A stretch of 64,000 nucleotides of DNA from Octopus vulgaris (taxonomy: Eukaryota): the NCBI GenBank assembly GCA_951406725.2, contig OX597817.1, positions 38,068,001 to 38,132,000 on the forward strand, given 5' to 3'. The translations under genes and the position numbers were made by a program. Position 1 is the stretch's first letter, and the number at the start of each line of letters is the position of its first letter. Positions 51,040 through 64,000 of the stretch are shown here, one piece after another. The notes beneath the pieces were generated by a model that worked only from the letters and a program-made list of their open reading frames with translations, did no database searches and was not told where the DNA came from.

Positions 51040-51875
51040 ACCTTTTCAATACCCATTCCTCTGTTGTTGGCTTTTAATAGATGAGGAAGTTCGATATTGC
51101 AGCCTTCGTTTGAGTTTCTTGCCGTGATGTAGGACCATCTGGGATCTTGGACAGCAGAGGGTCAAGGTGCTTCTTGAAAATATTTTACTCTCGTGTAGAT
51201 CACTCAGTTATTTTTTGGGGGGATGTTAAATAATCGCAGGCCTTTGAATCCAAAGTTATTGTAGAACCCAAGTCTAAGTCAAGACGGGATGGGTGAGATC
51301 TTTGGAACAGAACAGTGGTGTCTTGTATAACTCTTGATGCCAAGTTTGGTGCCGTCTCTTATAGTATCTTCCATATGTATATCAACGTATATCTTTCTCG
51401 CCTTCGCTTCAAAGAGTAGAGCCGCAATTCTTTCGATGGCCCCTATTCGCTCACATGTTTCATAGATGCAAACATCTATGTGTAGCACCGCTAAACTGTC
51501 TCGAGTTAAGCTATTAAACTGACGTTGTGGAGTGACGAGAGTTGAGAACAGTAGCCTAGACGGCTTAAAACATATGTCCTTCATAAGACCAATAGGACGA
51601 GCATAGTTTCCTGGTCCCTTGTTCTGAAAGTTCCCAGAATTCACACGGCCATTCATCTGCATATTGCCACCATCTTGATAGTATGTACAAGAGACGCTGG
51701 TTCGTTGCCCATACCAATTCCCAGATCCCGCACTGTGGTTGACTATGGCATTGCTAATCCTTTTGATCCAAAGTATTTTGGTTGTGGCATGTTAGCACAA
51801 CCTGGCTGGTAGTGGAGTATTTGGAATGTTCCTGCGTCAAATTGCATGCTATTTTCTTCAACTCGTTAGTATATG
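51040..51875 (-). pseudogene. CR1/L2-group LINE ORF2 3' part (same family as 8400-8730)
   Basis: TVRDLGIG..ILGTFRTRDQETML..LSRLGYCSQL..LYSLKRRRERYTLIYIWKIL..GLRLFN with stops. Confidence 0.85.
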
Positions 51876-52152
51876 GTATCTATGTGTGTGTGTGTATGTG
51901 TGTGTGTGTGTGTGTCTGTCTGTCTGTCTGTCTGTCTGTATGTATGTATGTATGTATGTATGTCTGTATATATGCTTGCATGCATGTATATATGTATGTA
52001 TGTATGCATGCATGTATGCATGTATGTATGAATAAGTCCTGCTGTCGATTTGTTCGACAAAAGGCGGTACTCATGAATTTTTGATGTGGTTTTTGAGTCA
52101 AGTTTCGACTGCTTTATCTAGCATCTAGCATGATGCTATCTTTTGGATACCC

Positions 52153-52218
<66 letters not shown>

Positions 52219-52461
52219 TATATATCAGCTGCATATCAGCATAACTTGTTTGGTAAGTAACTTGATCTGGAAACGTGTGTTGAATCTGAAACAATTACTT
52301 CGTAGAAGAGTCAATTTAACGATTTATAAGGCACTAACACCATCATATACACCTTTGCTTTATTATGTGGTAGATGTAAATATATCTGATGGAATGTCAC
52401 ATACTTTTGTGTTCATCTACAAAACATGATCAATGACACAATTGTGCTGTATATAATAATG

Positions 52462-52526
<65 letters not shown>

Positions 52527-52578
52527 GTCTTATCTGTCTGTCTGTCTGTATCTCTCTCTGTCTCTGTCTGTCTGTCTG

Positions 52579-52630
<52 letters not shown>

Positions 52631-52740
52631 ATATAAATGTATGTGTGTATATGTGTGTATGTATGTATGTATGTATGTATGTATGTATGTATGTATGTAT
52701 GTATGTATGTATGTATGTATGTATGTATGTGTGTGTGTGC

Positions 52741-52804
<64 letters not shown>

Positions 52805-52967
52805 TGTTGTGGTTTTGTGCATTGGAATAGTTTTTGACATTGGAATAGTACCTGAAAACAAAAAAGAGTGAATATAACATTATATAAGTATCGTAGACGC
52901 ATACGTGCGCGCGCGTACAAACACACACACACGCACATGCATACACACAGACACACAGACACACACA

Positions 52968-53018
<51 letters not shown>

Positions 53019-53399
53019 ACACAAACACACAGATGCATGCAAAACTAGATCTGTTTTAGTAATGGTGAGTTCTGCATTAATTGATCACTGAGGCTTCTAA
53101 ACTACGACAGAGAAAATACAAGGGGAGTAACTCTTTTAACAATTTTTAACTTCCATGAATTTTGCTGCAAAATTCTGGAATAAAAAAGAAATAATACAAC
53201 CGTTCCGTTGTATGTATGTATGTATGTATGGATGGATGTATGTATGTATGTATGTATGTATGTATGTATCTATCTATCTATCTATCTATCTATCTGTATG
53301 TCTGTCTGTCTGTCTGTCTGTCTGTCTAGCTAGCTAGCTAGCTAACAACTTTTTTGTCTACACAAACTCAAATGCATACATACATACATACATACATAC

Positions 53400-54245
53400 A
53401 AATGTCATCACGGTATTATCAACCGATAAGGCGGCGAGCTGGCAGAAACGTTAGCACGCCGGGCGAAATGCTTAGCGGTATTTCGTCTGCGTTACGTTGT
53501 GAGTTCAAATTCCGCCGAGGTCGACTTTGCTTTTCATCCTTTCGGGGTCGATAAATTAAGTACCAGTTACGCACTTGGGTCGATGTAATCGACTTAATAC
53601 CTATGTCTGTCCTTGTTTGTCCCCTCTGTGTTTAGCCCCTTGTGGGTAATAAAGAAATAGGTATTATCAACCGATGAGACATGATGTTTTAGCTAGGACA
53701 CTCTATAATGAAATCCGTCGGAAGGATAATCCCAAGGGCAAAAAAGTAAAAACCCACAATATGGTAGAAGACATAGTTACTCATAATATAAAGGAATACT
53801 GGTGGAATGTACTAGTGAAGACCTCAATAAAATGTAAGCAAAACAGACCTGATATAATGATTTGGGATAGAGAAGAGGAACTGCACATTTGTGGAAATTA
53901 ACTGCCCAGCGGATGTTAACATAGAGTTGAAGTTCAGTGAAAAAAGAACACCTATACTGAACTATTGAGAAATCTGAAGTTACTCTATCCGGATTACAAG
54001 TTCAGGTTAATACCTGTAATTATTGGAACCCGGGGATATGTAACACACTGCCTAAATGCCAATATTGAGAATTCATAATCATACTAAGAATAATTGGAGC
54101 ACTAGGTTTTGTTAGTAAATGTTTAAACGAGAATCTGGATAAATTGAGATTTTCAGAAAGAGAAATCGACCGGCTAATTCGTACATTACAAGTGCAATCT
54201 GTGAGTGGAACAGTAAAAATATGCAAGTTCCAAATGTAAATTTGT
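53400..54245 (+). pseudogene. R4/Dong-like LINE RLE region interrupted by a SINE, followed by a second 3' end
   Basis: MSSRYYQP|MRHDVLARTLY..KEYWWN..NRPDIMIWD..IPVIIG; second IIGALGFV..QSVSGTVKICK. Confidence 0.85.
53428..53659 (+). mobile_element. young SINE family A with 16-bp TSD
   Basis: GGTATTATCAACCGAT at 53412-53427 and 53660-53675. Confidence 0.95.
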
Positions 54246-54476
54246 CTGTGTTAACTACATCCCAAAGATAGAGCCTTGTATCTTTCTTGGAAACCGGCTC
54301 CCTCCTCAGTGGAAGATTTATAATGATTAAAAAAGAGAAGAAATATACATACATACAAAATCGATGCAACACATGTTGAACGGAATCCCACACATAGAAG
54401 ACACCACCAGGACGGGTTGAAACGAACGTTGTACAGAAGAATGTTTAATACCAAAACCATCTTCTCGTTACTTAAT

Positions 54477-54869
54477 GGATGGATGGAAGCACTCCGTCGG
54501 TTACGACGATGAGGGTTCCGGTTGATCCGAATCAACGGAATAGCCTGCTCGTGAAATTAACGTGTAAGTGGCTGAGCACTCCACAGACACGTGTACCCTT
54601 AACGTAGTTCTCGGGGATATTCAGCGTGACACAGAGAGTGACAAGGCCGGCCCCTTGAAATACAGGTACAACAGAAACAGGAAGTAAGAGTGAGAGAAAG
54701 TTGTGGTGAAAGAGTACAGCAGGGATCACCACCATCCCCTGCCGGAGCCTCGTGGAGCTTTAAGGTGTTTTCGCTCAATAAACAATCACAACGCCTGGTC
54801 TGGGAATCGAAACCGCGATCTTATGACCGCTAGTCCGCTGCCCTAACCACTGGGCCATTGCGCCTCCAC
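54477..54869 (-). mobile_element. tRNA-derived SINE family D, full-length with 12-bp TSD
   Basis: TCGTTACTTAAT at 54465-54476 and 54870-54881; 3' ~175 bp shared with family C at 19581-19760. Confidence 0.93.
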
Positions 54870-55193
54870 TCGTTACTTAATATAATTACCCTAACTGACA
54901 CTGCGGCGTTCCTGAAGTAGATCCAACGGAGGTATACCACGACTGCGGATGATAACGGGTAGCCTAAACTGTCCCGCGGACAACACTTTGGTCGGCGCGC
55001 TGCTATAGTAGAAGAAACTCTCCCAAGGTACCACACAGAGGGACTGAAGCAAACATTTTACCACATATACACCTGCGCCAATAAACGCACACACATATGC
55101 ACACATACAAATAAATAGATAGACGAACAGACAGCTAGACAGACAGACGGACTGAGAGATAGATAGACAGACAGACAGACAGACGGACGGACG

Positions 55194-55320
<127 letters not shown>

Positions 55321-56349
55321 TAGACAGATTTCGTATTCTAATTCGACCAGATTCTTGCTTTCTCTAAAACCACAAACTCTGCGAAACTACTGAAAAACCC
55401 TTCACCGAAACTTTCAACTTCACTCACACCAGAAACTGCTCGTTCAACAATAACTACCTCGCTAAGGTCGTCTTTGCACCTTCACTCTTTCAGGGTTGAT
55501 AAGAATAATACCAGTTGAGTATTGGGGTCGATTACATCGACTCCAGTAACCTTTTCCACAGTAACCTTTTCCCACAAAATTTCAGTTTCTGCTTTGAGTC
55601 CTGATTTTCTCAACAAGTGTAGGATTTTACTTTGTCTATTTCTTTTCTGGTTAGCTTATCCCAGTATTTGCCATGTTAGAGATTTTCTTGCTATCGTTTT
55701 ATCATGATATTTGTAGTTACAGTTTTACTTTAGAATTTAGTTGCTTCACAGCTTTTGTTGGGTTTTTTTTTTCTCCATAATTATCAAGTATCTCTCGGCT
55801 TCCTTGAAAATAGAAAACAATTTTCCTTGGGTTTGAGTTAGATATTTCTGTAATCCTATGGTGCAGATTTTACAGTAGTTTTATTATTATTATTTTTTTT
55901 TATTATACTTTGATATTTTTACTTCCTATATTAACGCAGCGAATCGGCCTCATTCAAAGGAAAGTAAAGGGTATACACTGCAGTAGATATTCAGCTTTTC
56001 CTTCTGTGTTCATACCCAACAATAATCGGTTTGTGCCCTAACGTTGTATACATGCATACATACATACAAGAGGGCGCCGTCAACATCAGACGTCTAGGCA
56101 TAAAGGGCCGTTTAAGATATATTTAATATATATTTTTGAACGTTCCCTTCTACATTTATGCCGACTCCTCTGGCCTAAATCTGTAACTGGTTTATTTCTC
56201 CCATTATTAATAAGAGAAACACCTTTTACCTACCAACGTAACGTTATTCAGATCGGACTTTAAAAATGTACCTTAACAATTGTGGCCGAAACTAACAACA
56301 CCACCACCGACGAAAGCAGCACTACAGTACCACTAAGCTATCTAAGAAG

Positions 56350-58200
56350 ACGTAAGTACTCCTCTCATTTTACTTAAACTCTACATCTAAACCAACATCT
56401 ACTTCGATGCTATGAAAAAGCCCATGAAGACCCTTCTATCGGATATATGAAGCAGTAAAAAAAGTACTGGGACGGATTTTACCCCGACTTAAGCACCTTT
56501 ACTGCGAAACAACTTCGGCAAATAGCATCTTTTTTCAAGAGAAAAATAATTTGTTCTCATGATGTAAATCGATCTTCTCAAAACCCTGAAAACTGACCAA
56601 GACCTACCAGAAAAGAGATCGAAAATAATGTAACCAAACCGCCGCCATCACTAAATTCTCATGTCTCTCCAAATGTAACTGATTCAACAGAGACAACTGT
56701 AGAATATATTCAACTTAGAAATATCTTGAAACTACAGTTCGTAGAAAACTATTCTACTTTTTTGAATCTATCGTTAAGTAACAGGCCGTTCTTAAGAAGA
56801 TTATGAAAAACACGCAACAGCCCTAATGTTGAAAGTTATTGACGGTGTCGCTGGAGAGCACAGGTACCCATGTGATGTTAATTCTGGAGTATTAATGCTC
56901 TCATATACACAGCTGCTATGATTCTAATAGAACACCTTGGAGAAATCTGCAGTATACATGGTAATGAAAGTACTAAACCGAAACAACCTAGATGGAAAAC
57001 AAAACTTGAAGAAAGCATCAACAATACACGCCGCCATATTGGATGGTTAACCACGACAATAAAATGTAAAAGGAACAATGAGTTTACACATCATCAATAA
57101 TATCTTATAAACAATTGACAAAACTGTTTGGTGACTCTTCACAATAAGCTCCCGAGAGAAAGTTAATTACTCTTAAATACGAACTCAGAGCTCTGAGCGA
57201 AAATCTTCGTTATCGCAAGCGAATTTTCAAATGAATCTGCATAGATCTCAAGTTTGCTGCTAACCCACAGATAGTATATAGAAAGATAACGAAAGAAAAT
57301 ATTACCATTATGAGAGTTACTTTTCAAGAAGTAATTCAATCATTCTGGTTGAAAATCTTGAACGAAAAGAGGAATCTCAGCCTCAGTGCATCGTGGCTAA
57401 ATTGCAGTAAAGAGTGAATGTTGTACCGACATCAGCAGTAAAATATGTGCAGTTGACCAGAAAGTTTTCACCATAGCTGTATGCAAACTGCCAAATGTGA
57501 AGGCACCTGGAAGGGACCTAGTAGTCGGATAATGGTACAAGCAGCTGAAGTTTTACAGAAAATCATCAGTAAGCATTCAAAAGTACTATGGAAAGCCAGA
57601 TTGGTAAACCAAATTGGCTTGCTATATATAGCACGGACCAATCTCGTGGCCAAGAATGAAACCACCGAGTTGCCTGAAAAGTACAGGACCATTACTTGCC
57701 TAAATATTATGTACAAACTGCACACAAGCTGCCTCAACCAATTTTTCAAGGATCATTGTGAGTCCAACAATATAGTGACTGATGAGCAAGCCGGTGGAAA
57801 GAACAGCTTTTGATAAATAAAGCTGTAATGTCTGAGGCTTAAAAAAAACATCGTCGGAACCTTACAGTAGTATGGCTTGATTATAGGAAGACATTTGAGT
57901 CTATTCCCCACTCATGGCTGCTGAAGTGTCTCCATTTGGTAAAAGTGCCTGCTACATTAATTGCTGCCATTGAGAGGCTCACAAAGACCTGAATCACAAT
58001 CCGTACACTTAGAACACAGAGTGGAACAAACGTCTCCAGTGCCATAAATATTTCAATGGGAATATTCCACGGAGATAGTCTCTCTGTACTTTTGTTAATT
58101 TTGGAGTTAAACCCATTATCATTCCTACTACGAAAAACAAACGGCTAAATGCTATGATATGCAATTGCAAGAGATATTAATGTAATCCATAATTTCTTTG
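56350..58200 (+). pseudogene. R4/Dong-like LINE, N-terminal and RT region, decayed
   Basis: YRTITCLNIMYKL..DEQAGGK..WLDYRKTFESIPHSWL..GIFHGDSLS..HNFFV, cut just before the catalytic DD. Confidence 0.88.
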
Positions 58201-59374
58201 TAATCCCGAGCAACATATTTGCTCGGGATTAAGTTAGGATTATAAAACCAATCAAGCTCTTTATTTCAAAACAAACTAAGTAACGTCGACGTCGAATTTG
58301 GGTGAAATCCGTTGAAATTGGTAAACTCTTGGCCGAAATTATGCAGACAATTTGATTGGGAAATCCCATAAGGAATTGGTTTATCGATTTTTTCCGCTCA
58401 TCGATTGTTTTTTTTTTTTTTTCGTTTTTGGAGAACTTAAAGCATTCAAAAAATCCCATGAGTTCTAAGTAATGCTGGCATCGAGTTTGAACAAAATTGG
58501 TAGACGTTATGGTTGAAAATGGGGTGTAGCCAATTTTAGTGGGAAATCCTATAAGGAATCGGTTTATCGATTGTTTTATATTCTGATTAAATGGAAAACC
58601 ACATAAAGAATCAGTTTATTGATTTTTCACCCCAAATAGGACTTAATCGAACATTGCTGGTTCAAAAACATCTATATTTATACTTTAATGTTGGTTTTCT
58701 TACCCAACCCAGTTCTGCAGAATCAGTGTCGCGACGGGAGCGCATGGGTTGGGAGTTTGATCGGCAGAGTGATCAGGTTGCATATGCCAACCCTTTTGAA
58801 ACCCGCCCCCCCATCATGTAAGTCCACTTTGCCTATGGTTTGGGAACCCTTCCAGCAAGGTAAAAGAACACCCAAAAGGGCCCCCGATCCTCTGTGCGAG
58901 AAGCGGTTACGTTCAGATCACAACTAAGTATATATATATATATATATATATGGGCAACACACACACACACAAACATATACGTACATACACCTATTGCATA
59001 CATGTTTTTGCACGCCTTTGCCCCTGCCCCTATCCCACCACCACTTCCTACCCAAGTAATACCATCAATTGAAGCAAATTTGGCACCCGGGTGTAAGTTT
59101 TGTAACAGGAATCGAGAAACCTACCTTCTCCCGCAGAGATGTGAGAGTCAAATCTCTCCTTTCGAAAACATGAACAGTTTCGAAACATTGTTTACAAAAT
59201 AATAGCTGATCGTTTGCGAAGGAGCGTGTCTACAGTCAACACGTCGGTCTTTTGCTCTGGTAACCTTTGCTCTCTCCCATGTTCACGCACGACCAGCTAT
59301 ATATCGCTATGAGTAGAGCAACGGATTCAGCTAATTTGGAAATTAGTTGTGGAGAAACGGAGAATCTCGTTTAT

Positions 59375-59431
<57 letters not shown>

Positions 59432-59936
59432 GGGCAACACACACATTGCATGCATGTGTTTTGTACGCATGCATGCTCGTGTGTGTGTGTGTGTGTGTGT
59501 GACTGAAGCTATTCACACACACATACATACATACATACATACATACATACATACATACATAACAACACCTGTCTGTCTGTTTTTGCCTGTTAATTACTCA
59601 GTAAAAAGACGAAATTTTAAAAACCTGTTATCTCTCACTCTCTCTCTCTCCCTCTCCCTCCCTCTCTTTACACCGTCCCTAGAAAGGGACTTAACTCATG
59701 TTTGTAAACACCAATGGCGTCACTACAGTGGATTTCTCCGCCGTGAAAAGTTATGCCTCAAAATTATTTACCGCTATTCGCGGGTGCCTCGGGGGAAAAT
59801 AATTTAACCAAAATACTGCTAGGATCGTGACGAATGTCCTCATAAAATTTGAGCGACATGCATGCTAATTTGTGGATGTGCATAAACTACATTCACGTAC
59901 ACACACACACACACACATTCTGCCTTATATATATAC

Positions 59937-59939
<3 letters not shown>
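58201..59939 (-). mobile_element. composite non-autonomous Helitron-derived element
   Basis: Minus 5' end A|TCTGTATATATATAAGGCAGAATGTGTG; opposite end cccgagcaa (as in the 28-kb Helitron hairpin) folded back; internal ggaaatcc.ataaggaat.ggtttatcgatt subrepeats. Confidence 0.6.
59237..59374 (+). pseudogene. Helitron RepHel Pif1-helicase C-terminal fragment
   Basis: QHVGLLLW*PLLSPMFTHDQLYIAMSRATDSANLEI..TENLVY matches the VGL..PVFSHGQLYVALSR..T.NVVY motif VI region. Confidence 0.85.
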
Positions 59940-59978
<39 letters not shown>

Positions 59979-59985
59979 TAATCTA

Positions 59986-60046
59986 CTGACGAGATTACAG
60001 TTTATCCTTGCGGATATTAATAATCGAAACTGATTCAGTACATGGG
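59986..60046 (+). ncRNA. hammerhead ribozyme core lacking the 5' strand of stem I, at the start of a Penelope-like fragment (59971-60295)
   Basis: CTGACGA-gatta[..tatcc-ttgc-ggata..]taatc-GAAA-ctga-t-tcag-TA-catggg; downstream catgggtaatca shared with the 49670 copy. Confidence 0.8.
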
Positions 60047-61054
60047 TAATCATTTTTATTTCATTTGTCTTGCTTATTTTTAATACTTTGGTTTTGTGCT
60101 GATTTTTTAGTTGAGAACATATTCTTTGTGGAAAATAGCGATTTGACGTCTATATCTAGCATGTTGACCGTCCACTTTTTGAGTGGTCAGTCCTTTAAAT
60201 TTTGTATGTAAAAATATTTTAATGTTCGGTTTTTTTAATATGCTGGGCCACTGGTTTTAATTGATTAATATCAATTTCTACCCTTATTAAATTTTATATA
60301 TATATATATGTAGGTCCCGAACTGACAGAATTGTTACCACACCGGACTAAATGCTAATCATCATTTCATCCGTCTTTATGTTCTGATTTCAAATTCCACC
60401 GATGCTGACTTTGCTTTCCATCCTTTTGGATTCGATATAAGCACCAGTCAAGCAATAGGGGTGATATAATCGACTGGCCCTCCCCAACAAATTTCAGGTC
60501 AAATGCCTACAGTAATGCTTGTTATTATATTATTGTAATTTTAATTCTGTAATTAGATTAATTATTTTTTAATTATTATATTTCTTTTTAACATATTTTT
60601 AATGCATTTTTTAAAACTTTTTTATCTGTTTTATAAATTCAAAATTTTCTTAATTTATCTTATCATATTACAAATATTATTATTTTAAATATTTATTATT
60701 TTAAGGGAAATATTCTTTATGAAGTATATCTTCCTTAGTGAATAATATATTGGTTATTTCTCTTTAGAACTCTTATTAACTCAACATGTTTTCTCCTAGT
60801 CTTAGAATCAATACTGATCAAATATTTTCCATCATGCCCTAAATGATAATATATCTACTGAAAAAGTTGCTTCTAGATACCTCCTCTATGTATTTGAATT
60901 GGTCAATAATAGTTTAAATGGGGTGGGAATTTTGTCATAAACTCTTCAAGTTGACAGGTGGGATTTTTAGTTTCGCTGCCTTTTATCTCCCTTAAAATGT
61001 CTATTCTAAGCAACAATGTATAACTCTGATAAGCGTATTACATATCTCTCCATT

Positions 61055-61094
<40 letters not shown>

Positions 61095-61159
61095 CGTGCG
61101 TGCGTGTGTGTGAGTGTGTGTGTGTTTGTGTGCGTGTGTGCGACGCTGTGTGTGTATGC

Positions 61160-61259
<100 letters not shown>

Positions 61260-61382
61260 TAGAAAAAAAGCACCTTTTATCAATTCAAAATGAAAAATTA
61301 AATTACACCATCAAGAAAATTACATATAATAGAAGTATTAAATATACGATAAAAATACAACGATGATTAAGTAATGTGCAAA

Positions 61383-61497
<115 letters not shown>

Positions 61498-61569
61498 AAG
61501 TTGGCATAACTTTCTTTTAACTGACATAGGTCGTTCAAATTGACTAACTCTTCCTCATTTACAAAGTTA

Positions 61570-62250
61570 TTACATATTATTTCAATCGCAAAAGAAACAT
61601 TCTCGTCATCGCTGAACCCAACTCTTAAATTCTCTTTGAAAATATTCAGGTGTGTACTCTTCTAGTCACACGTTTGTGTTTTCAAACCATTGTACCTTAA
61701 GATTTCATTGAGTTGAACACGTGGAATTTAGAGAGAGCTAGATCCTGATTGTACGATGAAAGGGATACCACTGAATAGTCCAATTTGCCCATTGCTTGGT
61801 TTCTTGCCAATGACATTTGTGGTCACACATTGTCATGGAGAATGTGAATAGTTTTCTATAGTTTCTTCCTCCTAGTGGCTTCACTAAGCTTTTCTTGGAA
61901 CAGCCATATTCCAGAATTTCGTGGTAAATGATGCACTTGTCATCTTTAAAAAATCAGCCGCCATGCACTTTCTGTGCTGATCGCTGGTTCTTGAACTTCT
62001 TAAATCTTTAAGAGGTCACGCCCTTCTATGGACTGTGTCTTCGTTTCCGGACAGTAAATTTACGCACATCTTTCATCTCCTATCACTAGATTTCAGCAGA
62101 TCAGAATAGGCTCATTCCCTACAATGTTTAATTAAATACACTACCCTTTTCACTTGTTGCTTAAGTAAACTTTTTGACATATTCCAGCACAGTTGAAACT
62201 ACTGTGGTCGTTAATACTCTAATCTTGTTCGATGTCCATCACTAAATTTT
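61570..62250 (-). pseudogene. mariner transposase remnant
   Basis: KKFKNQRSAQK..IIYHEILE..IHILHDNV*P..SYNQDLALS, corresponding to the HDNARPH and YSPDLAPS motifs. Confidence 0.85.
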
Positions 62251-63257
62251 AAAGGTTATTTACTTTGTTACATAATCTCTGAAGAATCGACAATGTAATT
62301 ATGAGATTTTTTCTTCATAAAACGGAAACTATTGTTAATGAAATATGTGTAAGATGATGTAACTTTACTTTATGAACAAACACGCCAGTTTTGCATTTTT
62401 TGTGTGTGTATGTGCGTATATGTATGCACATATATATACACGTATTTGTGTGTACCACTGCAATGCATACATACACATAGACACATATTTTTATGCATAT
62501 GTGGATATTTTGGAATTGTGTATACGCCAGCTTCGTGCGTGTTTGTGCGTGCGTATTTGATTGTATTTATAAATATTGGGATATGTGTGTGTATTTGTGT
62601 GTGTGAAAGTTTGATTGTGTATGAGTCTATATATGCAGCCAAAACTACGTACATATTAGAATACTTTCATGATGTTTGCGTATGTCTACATATTGCATAT
62701 TTATATGTATTCAGTTATTTAAGGACTGTGTATAGAGGGGGATCTGTGGGATATGTGATGCTTGCATTCAGCCGTCAGTTTTGAATATTTGCATTTTCAT
62801 TAATAACATACACATTTACACTGTCTTCGTCATCGTCATCGTCATCATCAGTAGCATCCCAATCAGTGTCATTATTCTTCCCTCCTCTTACTCCTCCTCC
62901 TTATAATCATCATCATCATCGTCGTCGTAGTCATCATCCACACCATCGTTGTCGTTGTCATCGTCGCTGCCTTTATCATCGTAATCGACGTCGTCATAGT
63001 TATTATCATCATTTCATTATCAGCATTGCCCTCATCATTGTTGTCATTGTTGCCGTCATCATCTTCATCATCGTCTGCAACAACAACAACAAATAAGCTT
63101 TTCATTTTGCAGTTTATGAGTGATGTTTCTCATTCATTATTTTTTTGTATGCAGGTACGTGCGCGAGCGCGTCTATAGACGTGTATAGGTGTGTATGTGT
63201 ATGTGTATGCCTGTTGTGTGAGCATGTAAATACGCATGTGTGTGAGTGTGCATACGA

Positions 63258-63301
<44 letters not shown>

Positions 63302-64000
63302 ACGTGAAGATGTGAAATGACGTACATATCGGTTGTTCAAACATTGTCGACGCAATGAATGATGGGAGAATATATCTCTCAATGGACGTCAAACTATAAA
63401 CATAGTCAACCGCCATTATCCACCCGATAGCCCCCCCCCTTCTCACTGTCACTTTCACTTTCTCTCTCTCTCTCTCTCCCTCTGTTGCTCTCTCACTCTC
63501 TCTCTCCCCTTCTCTCTCTCTCTCTCACTCTCTCTCTCTCTCTCTCTCCCTCTCTCTGAGACATACATTAACGCACAATCATACTCACGCGCAGTCTTGA
63601 AAGCGCATACACAGTCGTGCATTCGCATGCATATGCACGCACGCATACATACACATGCACGAACACTTTTTTCTAGCAGTCGAATTGTTTTGGCAAACAT
63701 GCATAGCAAGCAATTTGTGTGATACGAAGGTGATTAGTTTGACAGTGGCAATGACGACGACGAAGACGACAAAGACGATGATGATTATGATGACATTGTG
63801 ACGATGATGATGATGATGGTGATGGTGACAGTAGTAGCGACAGAGGTGGTGCAGGCGATGTGTTGTTGTTGTTGTTGTTGTTGTTAGTGGTGGTGCAGGT
63901 GACTATGGCGGTAGTGGTGGTGGTGGTGGTGTTTGGTTGACGCTGATGACGCCCAGTTGAGTGCGCGTGTAGCAACTCGTGTGTGATAACTGGGACTGAA

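Overview
Eukaryotic, AT-rich, microsatellite-saturated and transposon-dense DNA. The tRNA-derived SINE families and repeat landscape look like Octopus (cephalopod); this is inferred, not verified. There is no intact long protein-coding gene, and almost all listed ORFs are microsatellite translations or decayed retroelement fragments. Content: many SINEs of about 4 families; decayed RTE, CR1-like, Tx1/L1-like and R4/Dong-like (restriction-like endonuclease) LINEs; a mariner pseudogene; a hAT MITE with an 8-bp TSD; non-autonomous Helitrons. Three signals stand out. (1) About nine type I hammerhead-ribozyme motifs, several with a long stem-II insertion, mostly in short non-coding Penelope-like fold-back elements; one perfect 117-bp-arm palindrome at 48.5-48.7 kb encodes an intact ribozyme on each strand. 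(2) A near-identical 1.94-kb tandem duplication whose junction is exactly a Helitron 5' TC joined at an A|T site, as expected for rolling-circle read-through. (3) A candidate small spliced gene on the minus strand at 1-6.5 kb with an ETS-type promoter. All calls come from manual reading; coordinates of decayed elements are approximate.
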